From the IMG/VR virus record IMGVR_UViG_3300002138_000152: a DNA stretch of 20,000 nt; one strand, given 5' to 3'. How positions within the stretch are numbered: the first letter of the stretch is position 1; each line of letters opens with the position of its first letter. This document shows, piece after piece, positions 16,548-20,000 of the stretch. This stretch comes from an uncultured virus (IMG/VR IMGVR_UViG_3300002138_000152). Lineage: Duplodnaviria > Heunggongvirae > Uroviricota > Caudoviricetes. Made by a program: the position numbers and the translations under genes. Under the pieces are notes generated by a model. That model saw only the letters and a program-made list of their open reading frames with translations, was not told the DNA's origin and did not search any database.

Positions 16548-16661
16548 AGGGGAGTTAAAATGTTGGATTCAATGTGTTCTGTTTTAAGAACACTCACAGC
16601 AAAACTCAAATAACACAAACTGTAAATTTGTATAACGTAGGTTCGATTCCTACCTTCCCTA
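16548..16661 (+). tRNA. tRNA-Tyr(GTA)-like RNA with a greatly expanded D-arm region
   Basis: AGGGGAG/CTTCCCT, ACAAA-ctGTAaa-TTTGT, GTAGG-TTCGATT-CCTAC; about 60 nt between the acceptor and anticodon arms. Confidence 0.55.
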
Positions 16662-16702
16662 CTTTTCTGTAGTTCTTTATTTGTGTGTATATTTGATGTA
16701 TT

Positions 16703-17284
16703 ATGAGAAAAGATTCGCATTATAGACACAAGTATCATCATCAACAACAATTAATGGCTAGAAAACAATCTACAGTAATTGATTTTTCTGATACAAATTG
16801 CCTTATTGACAATATGGTAACAATGATAAATCCTACTGAACAGCTTACAGAACATACTATGGTGGAAAAAACCGTTTTTAATGATTGTGAAATTGATGAT
16901 ATTATTAATTCAAAAAAATCAAGTACAGCAATTAAAATACTTGCTACAGGATATAATAAACAAGAGAATCAACCAAGTATTAATTTGAGAAAAAAGAAAA
17001 AACTTGATAACTTTGAATTACGTAAAGATATTGTACATAATGAAAAAAATCTTACTTTAGAGTACAATATTTATTTACGAGATATAAAAATTGGTGTTAT
17101 TAAACCATATTTTATATCTGATAAAGAACATGTTTATACTAGTGATGTGCGAGTATTTTTTATATCTAAATTTCCATCTGTTATTACTAATATAAGTGAT
17201 TCAAATATCGATATGTTGTTAAAACGTCTTAAAACTAATATTGAAATGATACGTGATTTTATTCGTTTATTTGAATCTGATTAA
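16703..17284 (+). CDS. Hypothetical protein (start may be ATG 16754)
   Basis: Long ORF downstream of a TATATTTG box; no motif recognised. Confidence 0.6.
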   Translation: MRKDSHYRHKYHHQQQLMARKQSTVIDFSDTNCLIDNMVTMINPTEQLTEHTMVEKTVFNDCEIDDIINSKKSSTAIKILATGYNKQENQPSINLRKKKKLDNFELRKDIVHNEKNLTLEYNIYLRDIKIGVIKPYFISDKEHVYTSDVRVFFISKFPSVITNISDSNIDMLLKRLKTNIEMIRDFIRLFESD

Positions 17285-17367
17285 ACAAAATATTGATTTT
17301 CAATATAATATATAACAATATTATGTAATTGTGAAAAATAAAATACAATTATTAAACTTTTTAGATC

Positions 17368-17976
17368 ATGGAAATACGTGCGTATATAGTTGAGCGAGTT
17401 AAAAAAAATTCATTACCAATTGACATTGATCAGTGTCTTGATACAATTAAATCATATAGATTAGTTTATCCAGATGTTAATGATGAAAAACTTTTCTTTT
17501 ATTACATTTTAAATAGAGTTGGTAGTATTTTATCAGCGATTGATATGGAGCAAGCTGAGCATCTTGGTTGGCTTCGTGTTAGAGGACGTGATTCAATTAC
17601 ATTCTATGAATTTGAAGAAGAAGAAGATTACTATGCATGGCTTGCAGTACGTCCATTTTTTTATAAAAATATTAAAGATTACGATGATATTCGTATCTTG
17701 AATTTCCTTGATTTAAGTATCATTAATTATATTCATGACATTGAATCAAAACGTACCTATCATCTAATCAAACCAGCTACACCAAATGATGTAAAAATTA
17801 TACAAAAAACTGGATATGGTACAGATCAGATATCAAGTAAGAAATGGACATTCTTACGTCGTTTAATGAATATTCTCTTAAACAGAAAAGTAGGGCGTAA
17901 CGATAAGCAGTCTTTTATTAAATATATGGCTGCACAATTCACAAACGGTTACATATTTATTCCAGAAGCATCATAA
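17368..17976 (+). CDS. Hypothetical protein
   Basis: 202-aa ORF; no motif recognised. Confidence 0.6.
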   Translation: MEIRAYIVERVKKNSLPIDIDQCLDTIKSYRLVYPDVNDEKLFFYYILNRVGSILSAIDMEQAEHLGWLRVRGRDSITFYEFEEEEDYYAWLAVRPFFYKNIKDYDDIRILNFLDLSIINYIHDIESKRTYHLIKPATPNDVKIIQKTGYGTDQISSKKWTFLRRLMNILLNRKVGRNDKQSFIKYMAAQFTNGYIFIPEAS

Positions 17977-18004
17977 ATTAAAATATTTTTACTATATTCG
18001 TGAC

Positions 18005-18619
18005 ATGTTATTAATAGGAGACGTTCACGGTAAAGTCGATCAGTATTTTAAATTGATTGAAAACTATAATGGTAAATCTGTTCAAGTCGGTGATTTTGGA
18101 TTTAAGAAACACCATGATAAATTAATAGATAATCTGTCTATCAATAAAGACGATCACAAAATTTTATTTGGTAATCATGATTATTATCCATATGTTAATG
18201 CTCAACATAGTATTGGTGATTATGGAATGCATGAAGGTATGTTTTGTGTTCGTGGCGCAAAATCAATTGATCAACACAGACGTACTGAAGGTCTTGATTG
18301 GTTTCCTGAAGAAGAACTCACTTATCGTCAATTTGGTGAAATGATTGATATGTATGAACAATTAAAACCTGATATTGTTGTATCACATACTTGCCCAACA
18401 AGTGTAGCTCAATCTCTTTACGGTTATTATAATACAGGTAAAGCTGCTGACCGTTCGATTACATCTGATTCATTAGATGTAATGTTTGAAATACATAAAC
18501 CTAAAATATGGGTATTTGGACACCATCATAAGAGTAAAGATATTACAATAATGGACACACGTTTTATATGTCTTGAAGAATTAGAAACTGTTGAACTTAA
18601 AACACTTTTAAATGAATAA
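18005..18619 (+). CDS. Calcineurin-like metallophosphoesterase
   Basis: GDVHG, GDFG, GNHD, SH, FGHHH. Confidence 0.9.
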   Translation: MLLIGDVHGKVDQYFKLIENYNGKSVQVGDFGFKKHHDKLIDNLSINKDDHKILFGNHDYYPYVNAQHSIGDYGMHEGMFCVRGAKSIDQHRRTEGLDWFPEEELTYRQFGEMIDMYEQLKPDIVVSHTCPTSVAQSLYGYYNTGKAADRSITSDSLDVMFEIHKPKIWVFGHHHKSKDITIMDTRFICLEELETVELKTLLNE

Positions 18620-19505
18620 GCAAGAACTAATCAAATTTACAAAAAATCTTCGTGCGTTTGATGCACTATATGTGTATGCTGCCAAATTAAGACTCATTAA
18701 TGAATTTTTTACTAAAGAGAATCTTAATGCATGTGTTTTAGGATTGTCTGGCGGTGTAGATTCAAGTCTCGTATACAAAATGTTTCTTGATGCATCAAAA
18801 CAACCTGGAAGTCCTTTAAAATGTGTTATGGGTTGTTTTATGCCTATTTATTCAAATGGTATAACTGGTCAAGATAGTGCATTAATGCATGTTGGTGAAT
18901 TAATAAATGTGTGTCGTTTCTCAGATGCATTCCAATTCAGAATGATAGATCTCAGTGAAGCATCAAAAGCATATAACACCGTTGTAGTACGTGATACAAA
19001 GGATTCAAATTGGTTACAAGGCCAAATAGATTCTATTGTACGTACACCAGCTCTTTACGGAATGGCTGCAAAATTACAGCATGAAGGATTTAAATCAATA
19101 GTTATCGGTACAACAAACCGTGATGAAGGTGCATATATTGGATTTTTCGGAAAAGCAAGTGATGGTATGGTTGATCTTCAACCAATTGGTGATTTGCATA
19201 AATCAGAAGTTTACGCTCTTGCTGAACTCTGTGGAGTTCCACAATCGATCATTAATCGTAAACCTATGGGCGATGTTCATGATGCAAAAACAGATGAAGA
19301 AATGATTGGTGCACCATATGAAATATTAGAAGCTTATACAATCCTTTTAGAGCTTGGTTTGCATGATCAAATTCAAAATCTTTACTTGAATCCTGAATTT
19401 AAAACGTATATCGATAATATCGAAAAGATTCACAAACATAATGCACATAAATATAAAGTTGGATCTCCAGCTCGATACATTGACGTCATGGAACGTAATG
19501 TGTAA
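18612..19505 (+). CDS. nadE: NH3-dependent NAD+ synthetase
   Basis: PP-loop LGLSGGVDSS, R...LY, GTTNRDE...GFFGK.SDG..D.QPIGDLHKSEVY.LA, TDEE.IG..Y, HK. Confidence 0.88.
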   Translation: MNKQELIKFTKNLRAFDALYVYAAKLRLINEFFTKENLNACVLGLSGGVDSSLVYKMFLDASKQPGSPLKCVMGCFMPIYSNGITGQDSALMHVGELINVCRFSDAFQFRMIDLSEASKAYNTVVVRDTKDSNWLQGQIDSIVRTPALYGMAAKLQHEGFKSIVIGTTNRDEGAYIGFFGKASDGMVDLQPIGDLHKSEVYALAELCGVPQSIINRKPMGDVHDAKTDEEMIGAPYEILEAYTILLELGLHDQIQNLYLNPEFKTYIDNIEKIHKHNAHKYKVGSPARYIDVMERNV

Positions 19506-19540
19506 TTTTTTTACTATATTTACAGTATAAAATATTGATT

Positions 19541-20000
19541 ATGTTTTCATTCTTCAAAAAAAAACGTGTATTTGCTGAATTAGTACCACAAGTTTATTTC
19601 AGACATACTTACAATTGTAATACGTTGCAGAAAGAAGATTTTATAAACGGATTTGGAATTAATACAAATCTTCTACGTAAAGTTATTGATGCTAAAGGTA
19701 TCAAACGTATCAAACGTGAGCAATATGATAATCGTATTGGATACTACATTACTGGTGAAAAAATTAACACAAGAATTCATCCTTTGCATTCAAAACGATT
19801 ATTGAATACAAAAACGGGAAAGCGCTACGTCATTGATACAATTACTTACTGTCATTGGTATGGTGAATATGTTTCTTTAATGGTTCGCGTAGAAGGAAGT
19901 AAATCTCATAAAGAGGTATTATGGGAAAACATTTCATGTCATTATGAGGATTTTGTAAATGATATTGAAGAAAACAGAAAACTTTATACACTCATTGATG
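19541..20000 (+). CDS. Hypothetical protein (3' truncated by window edge)
   Basis: Open frame from ATG 19541 (MFSFFKKKRVFAELVPQVYFRHTYNC...) to the end of the window. Confidence 0.65.
   Translation, partial: MFSFFKKKRVFAELVPQVYFRHTYNCNTLQKEDFINGFGINTNLLRKVIDAKGIKRIKREQYDNRIGYYITGEKINTRIHPLHSKRLLNTKTGKRYVIDTITYCHWYGEYVSLMVRVEGSKSHKEVLWENISCHYEDFVNDIEENRKLYTLID

Noticed and set aside
16181..16750. Minus-strand ORFs 16181..16375 and 16466..16750 (also 14845..15048)
   Set aside because: They are antisense shadows of tRNA genes and leaders with no protein-like features.
1..20000. Stop-codon reassignment, as seen in some large Bacteroidota phages
   Set aside because: Conserved genes are full length under the standard code and no suppressor tRNA is seen. 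TAG appears rarely used here, so this window cannot fully exclude it.

Overview
AT-rich, densely coding 20 kb segment that looks like a large (jumbo) tailed-phage genome, probably infecting Bacteroidota (TAnnTTTG-type -7 promoter boxes, a Bacteroidota-style lipoprotein signal, an Hc1-like protein, AT-rich translation starts). The left arm (minus strand) carries a UvsX/RecA recombinase, a Ter-type stress module (PRTase, TelA, XpaC-like, TerD, YqhA, lipoprotein) and an Rnl2-family RNA ligase. The right arm (plus strand) carries an ECF-like sigma factor, a Thg1-like nucleotidyltransferase, NADAR, a nucleoside 2-deoxyribosyltransferase-like protein, small ORFs, a ~2.2 kb tRNA region containing a homing-endonuclease-like gene, a metallophosphoesterase and NadE. 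The main observation is that each of the two tRNA arrays sits behind a short leader ORF, missed by the ORF track, plus mutually exclusive antiterminator/terminator hairpins, and the leader codons match the downstream tRNAs. MKKFTNIATSEYRNDAV-EPDQ-NLG precedes the Pro/Glu/Asp/Gln tRNAs, and MKTIAVNNQVMLITTPTSVS-YYYYLY-LLRNR precedes four Tyr(GTA) tRNAs. This suggests ribosome-mediated attenuators that switch on phage tRNA genes when the matching host tRNAs are depleted. All calls were made by eye, with no database searches or folding software.
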